From the NCBI GenBank assembly GCA_040758355.1, contig JBFLWF010000044.1, positions 1 through 15,314 of the forward strand: a DNA stretch of 15,314 nt. The letters run 5' to 3'. The notes beneath the pieces are model-generated. The model did no database searches. It saw nothing but the letters and a program-made list of their open reading frames with translations, and was not told the DNA's origin. The DNA comes from Nitrospirota bacterium. GTDB lineage: Bacteria > Nitrospirota > Thermodesulfovibrionia > Thermodesulfovibrionales > Dissulfurispiraceae. Shown here piece by piece: positions 1-7,428 of the stretch. The position numbers and the translations under genes were made by a program. The number at the start of each line of letters is the position of its first letter. Position 1 is the first letter of the stretch.

Positions 1-48
1 CTCAAATCTCATCTTCCGTACCTCCTGTAGTAGTTCTGTCTTTTTCAT
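1..48 (-). CDS. Transposase N-terminus (ISNCY/IS1202-like), partial
   Basis: ATG at 48-46 gives MKKTELLQEVRKMRFE, which resembles the N-terminus I recall for ISNCY transposases. SD AAGGAGG lies on the minus strand at 63-57. Only 16 codons are visible. Confidence 0.7.
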   Translation of the reverse strand, partial: MKKTELLQEVRKMRFE

Positions 49-127
49 GGATAGCGCCTCCTTGCTATCCAATTTTAACCGGACAGTTTATGTGCTACAG
101 ATACGGACAGTTTATCTGTTCTCTACA
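1..127 (-). mobile_element. Left end of an ISNCY/IS1202-like insertion sequence (partial, runs off the window)
   Basis: On the minus strand the element starts TGTAGAGAACAGATAAACTGTCCG (TGT terminus at 127). It carries a 12-bp direct repeat CGGACAGTTTAT at 80-91 and 104-115 (putative transposase-binding sites), followed by an SD and a transposase-like start. Confidence 0.75.
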
Positions 128-314
128 GAATTTGCAGAAAAGACTTGACAGTGCCCCGTGGAAAATAGTTTAACATAAGGCCGTTAAAGCCGAAAAAAAC
201 TTTACAGCCTATTAGTTTGAAAATTATTTGACAGCAGGCATATTTTCTTGTAAATTTCTATCAAAAGGTTTTCTGCTAATTATAAACATCAAATCTGTCA
301 ATGAGGAGGGGGCT

Positions 315-1262
315 ATGAACAGAAAGGGCATTATCGGTGTATTTTTAGTTTTATCGATGTTGATGGTGCCGTGTAATTTGCTTGCAGGAGATGTAATGAC
401 AAAGGATTCAACTGAGAAGGATTCAGCCAGCGGCACAAGAGATAAGCCTTCAGGTAGTATAGCGAAAGGCGTAAATGCAATTATTAATGGCCTTAAAAAA
501 CCTGATGACGCACCTGATTGGTTGAAGAGGATAAACCTTAAGTTTGAGATTCAGGATGACTACAAGCCCACATATGAATTGGAGACAGTACAACCCATAT
601 TCCAGACCAACGATAACGACATGTTTTTTACACAGTTAAATGCGAGGTCGAGGAGTCATGACCAGACATACAATATGGGTCTTGGTTACAGAAATATCGT
701 TACCAATTGGCTGATGCTGGGTGTTAACGCCTTTTATGACTATACGACATATCATGACCATCAGAGATACGGCTTTGGTTTTGAAGCATTAGGGAAAAAA
801 TACGAAGCAAGGGCAAATACATATTTCAGCGCCTCTAATGCAAAGGAAATTCAGACAGGAATTTTCCAGAGGGTAATGAACGGATATGATGTAGAAGTGG
901 GTGGCTCTGTGATACCTGTAAAGGCGCTTGAGGACTTAAAGATATTTTTAGGCTATCAGAATTTCAATGCAAAATATACGGATGATTTAAAGACCTTTCA
1001 GTTAAGGATGACATATCCCATAACTCAATACACAGGAATAGAATTGAAGGCAATGAAGGACGAGAATAAGACAGAGAGATATTATGCCCAGCTTACCGTC
1101 GGACTTGATGTTCCGCAAAGGGTTAAGAGGACGAAGGACGGCAAGGATATAGACTTAAAAAAGAAACTCTTGCAGCCTGTGGAGAGGGTAAAGGATATAG
1201 TCGTTGAACAATACGCTAAGGCAGCAGGCGGATTTACAGTAAGGATAAAGAGGGGGAACTAA
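315..1262 (+). CDS. Inverse autotransporter (intimin/invasin-type) beta-barrel protein with no passenger domain
   Basis: Start placed at ATG 315 after SD GAGGAGG (303-309), with signal peptide MNRKGIIGVFLVLSMLMVPCNLLA. Invasin-beta motifs: NMGLGYR, MLGVNAFYDY, HQRYGFGFE, EARANTYF, NGYDVEVG, and linker motif LLQPVERVKDIVVEQY. The protein ends about 15 aa after the linker. Confidence 0.8.
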   Translation: MNRKGIIGVFLVLSMLMVPCNLLAGDVMTKDSTEKDSASGTRDKPSGSIAKGVNAIINGLKKPDDAPDWLKRINLKFEIQDDYKPTYELETVQPIFQTNDNDMFFTQLNARSRSHDQTYNMGLGYRNIVTNWLMLGVNAFYDYTTYHDHQRYGFGFEALGKKYEARANTYFSASNAKEIQTGIFQRVMNGYDVEVGGSVIPVKALEDLKIFLGYQNFNAKYTDDLKTFQLRMTYPITQYTGIELKAMKDENKTERYYAQLTVGLDVPQRVKRTKDGKDIDLKKKLLQPVERVKDIVVEQYAKAAGGFTVRIKRGN

Positions 1263-1264
1263 CT

Positions 1265-1939
1265 ATGAAAAAGATTATTTTGGTAATATCAGCGATTTTA
1301 CTTCTTAGCAGCATATCAGAAGTGTTGGCGGTTGAGACTTCTCTTCCTTATAATGCCAGTATGGTATACAATGTGACAGTTAACAAGTTTGAGGTATATA
1401 ACAGCACAACAGGGCTGTGGGTAACTGTAACCGCCACACCAACAACATTTAATATCGCGTCTGCAACTGCTGCTAATACGGCTGTAGGGGATATGATTTC
1501 AGGTGTAGTTCTGCCGAATGGAACATATACAAGGTTGAAATGGGAGGTAAACAGTACATTTGGAATTAAGGCATGTGAAACAGGCTCAGGAGTTTGTACA
1601 AATGGCGTACAGCAGGCTCTCAATTCTCATACCTTTTCAGCTGTTGCTGCAGGGACATACGCTACCGCTACCACAACTACTAATGTTATCGACTTCACAG
1701 CTGTTGGAGCCTGCCCTGCAAACACTGCTACAGTGACTTACACCTGCACAGCAGCCAGTTTGTCTGGCGATACAGATATAGTTGATTTTGTTATAAGCGC
1801 AGGCAGTTCAGCTAAGACAGTGAGTATCAGCTTTGACCTTAATAATGTATTTAAACATTATAGTGCAAATCATTTTGGTCCTGGTTCTCCGGAAATAATA
1901 ACACCTGGCAACCCAAGCGTAAGTGTATCATTTGAATAA
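1265..1939 (+). CDS. Secreted Thr/Ala/Ser/Val-rich beta-sandwich-like protein (DUF4382-like motif), partner of the upstream barrel
   Basis: Signal peptide MKKIILVISAILLLSSISEVLA. Alternating beta-strand patterns, an LPNGTYTRLKW motif and 4 Cys. It starts 2 nt after the barrel stop, with the SD inside the barrel 3' end. Confidence 0.7.
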   Translation: MKKIILVISAILLLSSISEVLAVETSLPYNASMVYNVTVNKFEVYNSTTGLWVTVTATPTTFNIASATAANTAVGDMISGVVLPNGTYTRLKWEVNSTFGIKACETGSGVCTNGVQQALNSHTFSAVAAGTYATATTTTNVIDFTAVGACPANTATVTYTCTAASLSGDTDIVDFVISAGSSAKTVSISFDLNNVFKHYSANHFGPGSPEIITPGNPSVSVSFE

Positions 1940-1960
1940 TTAGTATACTGTAAATCATTC

Positions 1961-1994
1961 TAAGGGCATGCAATAGCATGCCCTTATTTTGTTT
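1961..1994 (+). terminator. Rho-independent terminator
   Basis: Perfect 11-bp stem TAAGGGCATGC-AATA-GCATGCCCTTA followed by TTTTGTTT, 21 nt after the stop at 1939. Confidence 0.85.
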
Positions 1995-2047
1995 CAATTC
2001 ACATGTTCTGTGATTTCCTATTAGTATCTTCAATGCGTTATTGTATG

Positions 2048-2076
2048 TTGTAGCGATTATTGATAAAGGTTATAAT
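2048..2076 (+). promoter_or_regulatory. Sigma70-type promoter for the RNase H-like/xerD unit
   Basis: TTGTAG (2048-2053), 17-nt spacer, TATAAT (2071-2076). SD GGAGAGGAG precedes the GTG at 2110. Confidence 0.65.
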
Positions 2077-2109
2077 AAAACAAAATAAAAGACCGGGAGA
2101 GGAGATTTT

Positions 2110-2907
2110 GTGATACGGCATACATTTTCATTGCTTAACGGCATAGGCGAAAAGCTCGAAAGGCATATCTGGAGAAAGGGCATTCTGGCATGGGACGACT
2201 TCTGCAATTGCAGGGAAATAGACGGGATAAGCCCTGAGAGGAAGAGTATTTATGATAACCAGTTGATGCAGTCTTCCATGGAGCTTGGAATCGGCAATGC
2301 CGAGTACTTTGCGAGGATAATGAAGAGGAGGGAGCACTGGAGGCTGTTTGATGTGTTTAAAGACGGCGCTGTCTGCCTCGATATCGAAACCAACGGTTTT
2401 CAGCCTGGTCAGGGAGGATATGTTACGGTTGTAGGTCTTTACGACGGACATGACTGGAGATGCCTTGTCAGGGGAGAGAATCTCACAACAGAGAACCTCA
2501 ACCGGGCACTGTCAGGATACAAATGCCTTATAACATTCTACGGTGCGGTGTTTGACATACCGTTTCTTTTGAGGTCTTTCCCCGGCGTCAGATTCGATAT
2601 CCCGCACTTTGACCTCTGTTTTGCAGCACGGAGGCTTGAGATTAACGGCGGTTTGAAGAAACTGGAAACGATCTTCGGTATAGAAAGGGACGATTCTGTT
2701 AAGGGAATGGACGGCTATGCTGCTGTAAAGCTCTGGGAGCAGGCAAAGAGAGGTAGTTCGGAGGCAAGGGAATTGCTGTTGATGTACAACAGGGAAGATA
2801 CTATGAATTTATTGGAGCTTGCTGACATCCTGTATCAGAAATTGAAGATCTCTACAGGGATTGAGGAGTATATAAGTAAAGAGTTATCGGTAACGAGTAA
2901 AAGATAA
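2110..2907 (+). CDS. Ribonuclease H-like domain protein (YprB/RNase_H_2-type 3'-5' exonuclease)
   Basis: Motifs CLDIETNG, ITFYGAVFDIPFL, HFDL, GGLKKLE and YNREDT, plus an N-terminal HhH-like GIGEKLE. GTG start with a good SD. Confidence 0.85.
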   Translation: MIRHTFSLLNGIGEKLERHIWRKGILAWDDFCNCREIDGISPERKSIYDNQLMQSSMELGIGNAEYFARIMKRREHWRLFDVFKDGAVCLDIETNGFQPGQGGYVTVVGLYDGHDWRCLVRGENLTTENLNRALSGYKCLITFYGAVFDIPFLLRSFPGVRFDIPHFDLCFAARRLEINGGLKKLETIFGIERDDSVKGMDGYAAVKLWEQAKRGSSEARELLLMYNREDTMNLLELADILYQKLKISTGIEEYISKELSVTSKR

Positions 2908-2908
2908 A
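2874..2908 (+). repeat. Degenerate 7-bp tandem repeat (GAGTAAn-like) at the gene end
   Basis: AAGTAAA GAGTTAT CGGTAAC GAGTAAA AGATAAA, encoding the tail SKELSVTSKR-stop. Confidence 0.4.
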
Positions 2909-2909
2909 A

Positions 2910-3821
2910 ATGAGCATGAACAAAATAGACCCATTACTGAAAAATTTTGCCTCGTACCTTTCTGTAGAAAGGGGACTTTCTAAAAATACCGTAGATTCAT
3001 ATTGCATGGATTTAAAGGGCTTTTCGGCATTCCTTTCGGATAAAGGCAATAACATAAAGTCTTTTACACGGGAAGATATTGTGAACTATATGGGCAAGCT
3101 TAAGGATGACAGGCGATCCACTGCAAGCATATGCAGGTTCATATCTTCGATAAAGAGTTTCTCTAAATTCCTGATAATAGAAAAGATTATCTCGGAAGAC
3201 CCGACAGAAACCCTTAGATTGCCCATGCAATGGGAAAGACTTCCAAAGGCCCTCGGCATGGATGACATTAAAAAATTACTGAATTTAGACCACGAGCCTT
3301 CAGCCTTCAGTCTCCAGCCTTTATTTATCAGAGACTCTGCAATGCTTGAGTTGTTGTATTCATCAGGATTGAGGGTAAGCGAAATAATATCGATCAAGGT
3401 TAATGATCTGAATTTTGAGGGTGGATTTCTGAGGGTTATGGGCAAGGGATCAAAGGAAAGGGTTGTCCCGATGAATCATCGAGCCATGGAAAAAATAAAG
3501 AAATACACGCAGGAATTAAGACCGGATTTGCTTAAAAACAGGCAGTCGCCTTATCTTTTTTTAACGAACAGGGGAATGCCCATGACAAGGCAAAGGTTCT
3601 GGCAGGCGCTGAAGAAATTCGGCGATATGGTCGGACTGAAACTTACGCCTCATACCATAAGGCATTCATTTGCAACCCATCTCTTGGAGGGAGGAGCGGA
3701 CCTGAGGTCTGTACAGAAGATGCTGGGGCATGCCGACATATCTACCACGCAGATTTATACAAAGGTGACCGGCGACAGGATAAAGAAGGTTTATCTCGAA
3801 CACCATCCGAGAGCAAAGTGA
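2910..3821 (+). CDS. xerD: Site-specific tyrosine recombinase XerD
   Basis: Catalytic set SGLRVSE, GKGSKER, HTIRHSFATH, LGH and TTQIY. XerD-type TRQRFWQ and C-terminal HHPRA. An alternative start at ATG 2916 is possible. Confidence 0.9.
   Translation: MSMNKIDPLLKNFASYLSVERGLSKNTVDSYCMDLKGFSAFLSDKGNNIKSFTREDIVNYMGKLKDDRRSTASICRFISSIKSFSKFLIIEKIISEDPTETLRLPMQWERLPKALGMDDIKKLLNLDHEPSAFSLQPLFIRDSAMLELLYSSGLRVSEIISIKVNDLNFEGGFLRVMGKGSKERVVPMNHRAMEKIKKYTQELRPDLLKNRQSPYLFLTNRGMPMTRQRFWQALKKFGDMVGLKLTPHTIRHSFATHLLEGGADLRSVQKMLGHADISTTQIYTKVTGDRIKKVYLEHHPRAK
3294..3321 (+). repeat. 7-bp tandem repeat inside xerD
   Basis: GAGCCTT CAGCCTT CAGTCTC CAGCCTT (4 units), encoding EPSAFSLQP. Confidence 0.8.
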
Positions 3822-3832
3822 TGCACAAAGTT

Positions 3833-3993
3833 AATATATGTCAGGCACTGCTCAAAGACTTTAAAAAGTGTTTGTTCATGTGTATATGAGAGATAATAAA
3901 TACCAAGTATCCAATGTAGTAGATGACGGGTATAAGATAAAAGTTTTTACAAGTGCGTGGTTTAAAGTCTTTTTGCAGCACCTGACATATATT
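3833..3993. mobile_element. MITE-like element with long terminal inverted repeats
   Basis: AATATATGTCAGGCACTGCTCAAAGACTTTAAA (3833-3865) matches the reverse complement of 3961-3993 at 29/33 positions. It can be read as TGT...ACA (3839-3987) flanked by TATA on both sides. No ORF inside. Confidence 0.65.
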
Positions 3994-4035
3994 TTAGATT
4001 AGAATTGTTTAACTTAGCTATACAGGAGGTAAGAC

Positions 4036-6477
4036 ATGGCAGTGAAACTAAAACCCGAAGATCTTTATAAGTGCTGTGATCTGGATACTTTTCGGTTTAA
4101 TACAACAGACGACATTGGCAAATTCGAAGGGACCATAGGACAGGAAAGGGCATTGAGGTCACTTGATTTCGGTCTCGGCCTTATAAGCAAGGGGTTTAAC
4201 ATATATGTGCTTGGAGAAAGCGGCACAGGCAAGATGAGGACAATCAGGACATTGTTAAATGAGAGGGCATCAAAGGAAAAGATCCCCAATGACTGGTGCT
4301 ATGTTTATAACTTCAAAGACCCCGATAATCCGATGTCCATATCCCTCGAACCCGGCAAGGGAGTTGTTTTCCAGAAGGACATGGATGCCCTTATCAAGGC
4401 ATTGAGGGTTGAGATACCAAAGGCATTCGAATCAAAGGAGTACGAAAAACAGAGGAGCAAGATAGTCGATGAGTTCCAGCAAAAGCAGAAGACCCTTTTT
4501 ACCAGCCTTGAGGAAGATGCTATGGCTAAAGGCTTTGCCATAAGAAAGGCTGTAACAGGGCTTCTCATCGTCCCCATAAAGAAGAGCGGAGAGCCACTCA
4601 CAGAAGAAGAATTTGCTGCCCTCGATGAAAAGACGAGGAAAAAGGTCGAAGAGATGGGCAGGATGCTTCAGGAAAAACTGGACGACGTGGTGAGGGCAGT
4701 ACGGGAGGCGGAGAAACTCGTAAAGGAGATGCTCGCACGGCTCGAAAGGGAGATCGCCCTCGCCGCTGTAGGCCATTTCATAGAAGAATTGAAGGAGAAA
4801 TATAAAGAATACGAAAAGTTAGTCGCATATCTCGAGGCGGTAAAGGAAGATATCCTTTCCCATTTAGAGGATTTTAAGACCGTTGAAGAACAGGCTCCTC
4901 CGTTGCCTTTTATGAGGATGCCCAAGCCCGAGACATCATTTGTAAGATATACCGTCAATGTCATTGTCAATAATGCCGAGTGCAAGGGAGCACCTGTTGT
5001 ATTTGAGAGCAATCCCACATACCTCAATCTCTTTGGTCGGATAGAATACAAAGTCCAGTATGGAATGGCATTGACAGACTTTTCCATGATCAAGGCAGGC
5101 TCCCTCCACAGGGCAAATGGCGGCTATATAGTGATAAATGCCCTGGACCTTCTGAGGAATATATTTTCTTACGATGCATTGAAAAGGTCGATAAAAAATA
5201 AAGAGATAAAAATAGAGGATGTATGGGAACAATACAGGCTTATGAGCACCACAGCACTAAAGCCCCAGCCAGTCCCTCTTGATGTAAAGGTCATTCTTGT
5301 CGGCAACCCGTATATCTATTATCTCCTCTATAATCTCGACGAAGAATATAAAGAGTTGTTCAAGGTCAAGGCCGATTTTGACAGCAGAATGTCCAGGACA
5401 CCCGAGACCATAGAGAAATACGCATTCTTTGTTGCGAGCTGCCAGAAGGAGGAAAACCTTCTCCCCTTTGACAGGGGCGGCGTTGCAAAGATCGTGGAGT
5501 ATGGATCAAGACTCGCAGAACACCAGGATAAGCTTTCTACAAAATTCAGCTACATAGCGGACCTCATCAGGGAGGCCCACTACTGGGCAAAAAATGCAGG
5601 AAGCGATCTCGTGAAGTCAGAGCATGTGACAAAGGCCATTGACGAAAAGATTTTCAGGGTAAACAGGATCGAAGAACGCATCAGGGAAATGATACTGGAA
5701 GATACGCTTATAGTGGAGACAGCCGGTGAAAAGGCTGGTCAGGTTAATGGTCTTGCCGTGCTTGATCTTGGCGATTACAGCTTTGGAAAGCCTTCGAGGA
5801 TAACCGCAAGGACATATACTGGAAAGGCAGGAGTTGTAAATATAGAGCGCGAGACAAAGATGAGCGGCAAGATTCACGAAAAAGCGATTATGATCATATC
5901 CAGCTATCTCGGCAGCAAATACGCAACAAAGAAGCCCATAAGCCTTTCTGCATTCATAACCTTCGAACAGCTTTACGAGATGGTGGAAGGTGACAGCGCC
6001 ACCTGCGCCGAACTCTATGCACTGCTGAGCAGTATTTCCGGAGTGCCTTTGAAGCAGAATATTGCTATCACAGGCTCGATGGATCAGAACGGGGATGTCC
6101 AGCCCATAGGCGGCGTAAATGAGAAGATAGAGGGATTCTTCGATCTGTGCAGGATTAGAGGGCTTGACGGACACGGCGTGATAATCCCGAAGAGGAATTT
6201 AAAAAACCTCATGCTGAGGCAGGAAGTTGTAGATGCGGTAAAGGAAGGCAAATTTTTCATATATCCCATCGAGAAAATGGAGGAGGGGCTTGAGATACTC
6301 ACCGGCATGCCCGCGGGAGAACTGATGGAGGACGGCACATATCCGGAGGGCACAGTGAACTATCTTGTAATGAAGAGGCTTGAAGAAATATCAGAAGCCC
6401 TGGAGAAGAAGAAGGAAAAGGAAGAAGAAAAGGAAGAGAAGAAAAAGGAGAAGGAGAATAGCTCAAATAATAAATGA
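4036..6477 (+). CDS. Lon-like protease, LonC/AAA_32 type (peptidase S16)
   Basis: SD CAGGAGG. Motifs IGQERA, GESGTGK, DWCYVYNF, coiled-coil insert, GSLHRANGGY, GQVNGL, catalytic Ser in EGDSA and Lys in IGGVNEKIEGF. K/E-rich tail. Confidence 0.9.
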   Translation: MAVKLKPEDLYKCCDLDTFRFNTTDDIGKFEGTIGQERALRSLDFGLGLISKGFNIYVLGESGTGKMRTIRTLLNERASKEKIPNDWCYVYNFKDPDNPMSISLEPGKGVVFQKDMDALIKALRVEIPKAFESKEYEKQRSKIVDEFQQKQKTLFTSLEEDAMAKGFAIRKAVTGLLIVPIKKSGEPLTEEEFAALDEKTRKKVEEMGRMLQEKLDDVVRAVREAEKLVKEMLARLEREIALAAVGHFIEELKEKYKEYEKLVAYLEAVKEDILSHLEDFKTVEEQAPPLPFMRMPKPETSFVRYTVNVIVNNAECKGAPVVFESNPTYLNLFGRIEYKVQYGMALTDFSMIKAGSLHRANGGYIVINALDLLRNIFSYDALKRSIKNKEIKIEDVWEQYRLMSTTALKPQPVPLDVKVILVGNPYIYYLLYNLDEEYKELFKVKADFDSRMSRTPETIEKYAFFVASCQKEENLLPFDRGGVAKIVEYGSRLAEHQDKLSTKFSYIADLIREAHYWAKNAGSDLVKSEHVTKAIDEKIFRVNRIEERIREMILEDTLIVETAGEKAGQVNGLAVLDLGDYSFGKPSRITARTYTGKAGVVNIERETKMSGKIHEKAIMIISSYLGSKYATKKPISLSAFITFEQLYEMVEGDSATCAELYALLSSISGVPLKQNIAITGSMDQNGDVQPIGGVNEKIEGFFDLCRIRGLDGHGVIIPKRNLKNLMLRQEVVDAVKEGKFFIYPIEKMEEGLEILTGMPAGELMEDGTYPEGTVNYLVMKRLEEISEALEKKKEKEEEKEEKKKEKENSSNNK

Positions 6478-7424
6478 AGATTAGGTGGCTGCTTGAGACT
6501 GCTCTCATTATCATGTTCTCTTTTCCTGTCGCTGTGCTTCCGCATAAGATCGCATTAAAGGTCGGGGAGATCCTCGGCCTTTCGGTTTTTTATATATGGG
6601 GAAGCAGGAGGAGGATTGCAGTCGAGAACATAGAAAAGGCAATGGGCAATAGCCTTCAGCCTTTAGCCATCAGCAATCAGCCATTGGCAGTCAGTATTGC
6701 ACGTGAGACATTCAAGAATCTCGGCAGGTCTTTTGCGGAGATTATCAAGATTTATTGCGGATTGGGTAAAAGCATTATTGATAATGTTGAAGTGAGAGGA
6801 GTTGCCCACTACATGAAAGCAAAATCAAAAGATAAAGGCGTGATATTCATAACAGGCCACTGCGGAAACTGGGAATTAATGGCATTGGCATTTGGCGTTA
6901 AGGTGGACAATGTCTCTGTTGTGGCACGGACGCAGAATAATCCATATCTCAATAGACTCGTTGAGAATATAAGGGCTAAGTATGGAAACAATGTGATCTA
7001 TAAGAAAGGCGCATTGAAAGGCATACTTTCCGAATTAAAGAAAAACAGGGGTATCGGGATATTAATGGATCAGGCTGTTTTAAAGGATGAAGGTTATGTA
7101 ATAGACTTCCTCGGAAGGCCTGCGTGGACAACAAAGGTGCCTGCATTGATGGCGAGGAAGACCGATGCAGCAGTGATTCCCATATTCATTAATCGTGTCA
7201 GTGAATCTGCTAACCATAAGCATATTATTAATATTTATCCTGAAGTGAATTTATCAATCGATGAAGATGCAGAAACGGGGTCCCCAAAAAGTCGCAAGAC
7301 TTTTTGGGGTGGAGAAAAGGCTATAATTGAAGATACAAGGAGATTTTCGGGATTTATCGAAGATTACATAAAAGAACATCCGACAGAGTGGCTGTGGATA
7401 CATAAGAGATGGAAGAGGGCATGA
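6474..7424 (+). CDS. lpxL: Lipid A biosynthesis late acyltransferase (LpxL/HtrB family)
   Basis: Catalytic motif GHCGNWE, ILMDQ, FLGRPA, C-terminal PTEWLWIHKRWK and an N-terminal membrane anchor. ATGA overlap with the Lon-like gene. Acyl specificity cannot be determined. Confidence 0.85.
   Translation: MKIRWLLETALIIMFSFPVAVLPHKIALKVGEILGLSVFYIWGSRRRIAVENIEKAMGNSLQPLAISNQPLAVSIARETFKNLGRSFAEIIKIYCGLGKSIIDNVEVRGVAHYMKAKSKDKGVIFITGHCGNWELMALAFGVKVDNVSVVARTQNNPYLNRLVENIRAKYGNNVIYKKGALKGILSELKKNRGIGILMDQAVLKDEGYVIDFLGRPAWTTKVPALMARKTDAAVIPIFINRVSESANHKHIINIYPEVNLSIDEDAETGSPKSRKTFWGGEKAIIEDTRRFSGFIEDYIKEHPTEWLWIHKRWKRA
6651..6692 (+). repeat. 7-bp tandem repeat inside lpxL
   Basis: AGCCTTC AGCCTTT AGCCATC AGCAATC AGCCATT GGCAGTC (6 units, 42 nt), encoding SLQPLAISNQPLAV. 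Confidence 0.85.
7271..7317. repeat. 37-bp palindromic element with 5-bp target-site duplication, in frame inside lpxL
   Basis: AGAAA-[CGGGGTCCCCAAAAAGTCGCAAGACTTTTTGGGGTGG]-AGAAA. Perfect 12-bp stem 7282-7293/7298-7309 with a GCAA loop. The direct repeats are 42 nt apart. Confidence 0.8.
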
Positions 7425-7428
7425 AGAA

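Noticed and set aside
128..160. Xer recombination site next to the IS1202-like end, since some of these IS target such sites
   Set aside because: The flank GAATTTGCAGAAAAGACTTGACAG has no dif-like 11-6-11 structure.
145..210. Promoter (TTGACA at 145-150) and a riboswitch-like hairpin upstream of the barrel gene
   Set aside because: There is no good -10 at 16-18 nt spacing. The hairpin GGCCGTTAAAG/CTTTACAGCC is imperfect and lacks c-di-GMP riboswitch motifs.
228..314. Upstream TTG start of the barrel ORF given in the ORF track
   Set aside because: ATG 315 has a strong SD and begins a proper signal peptide.
2910..3821. Phage or island integrase
   Set aside because: The sequence is typical chromosomal XerD among housekeeping genes, with no att sites or phage genes.
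6402..6458. Purine-only tract as a separate repeat element
   Set aside because: It is explained by the Lys/Glu-rich tail of the protease (codon-level low complexity).
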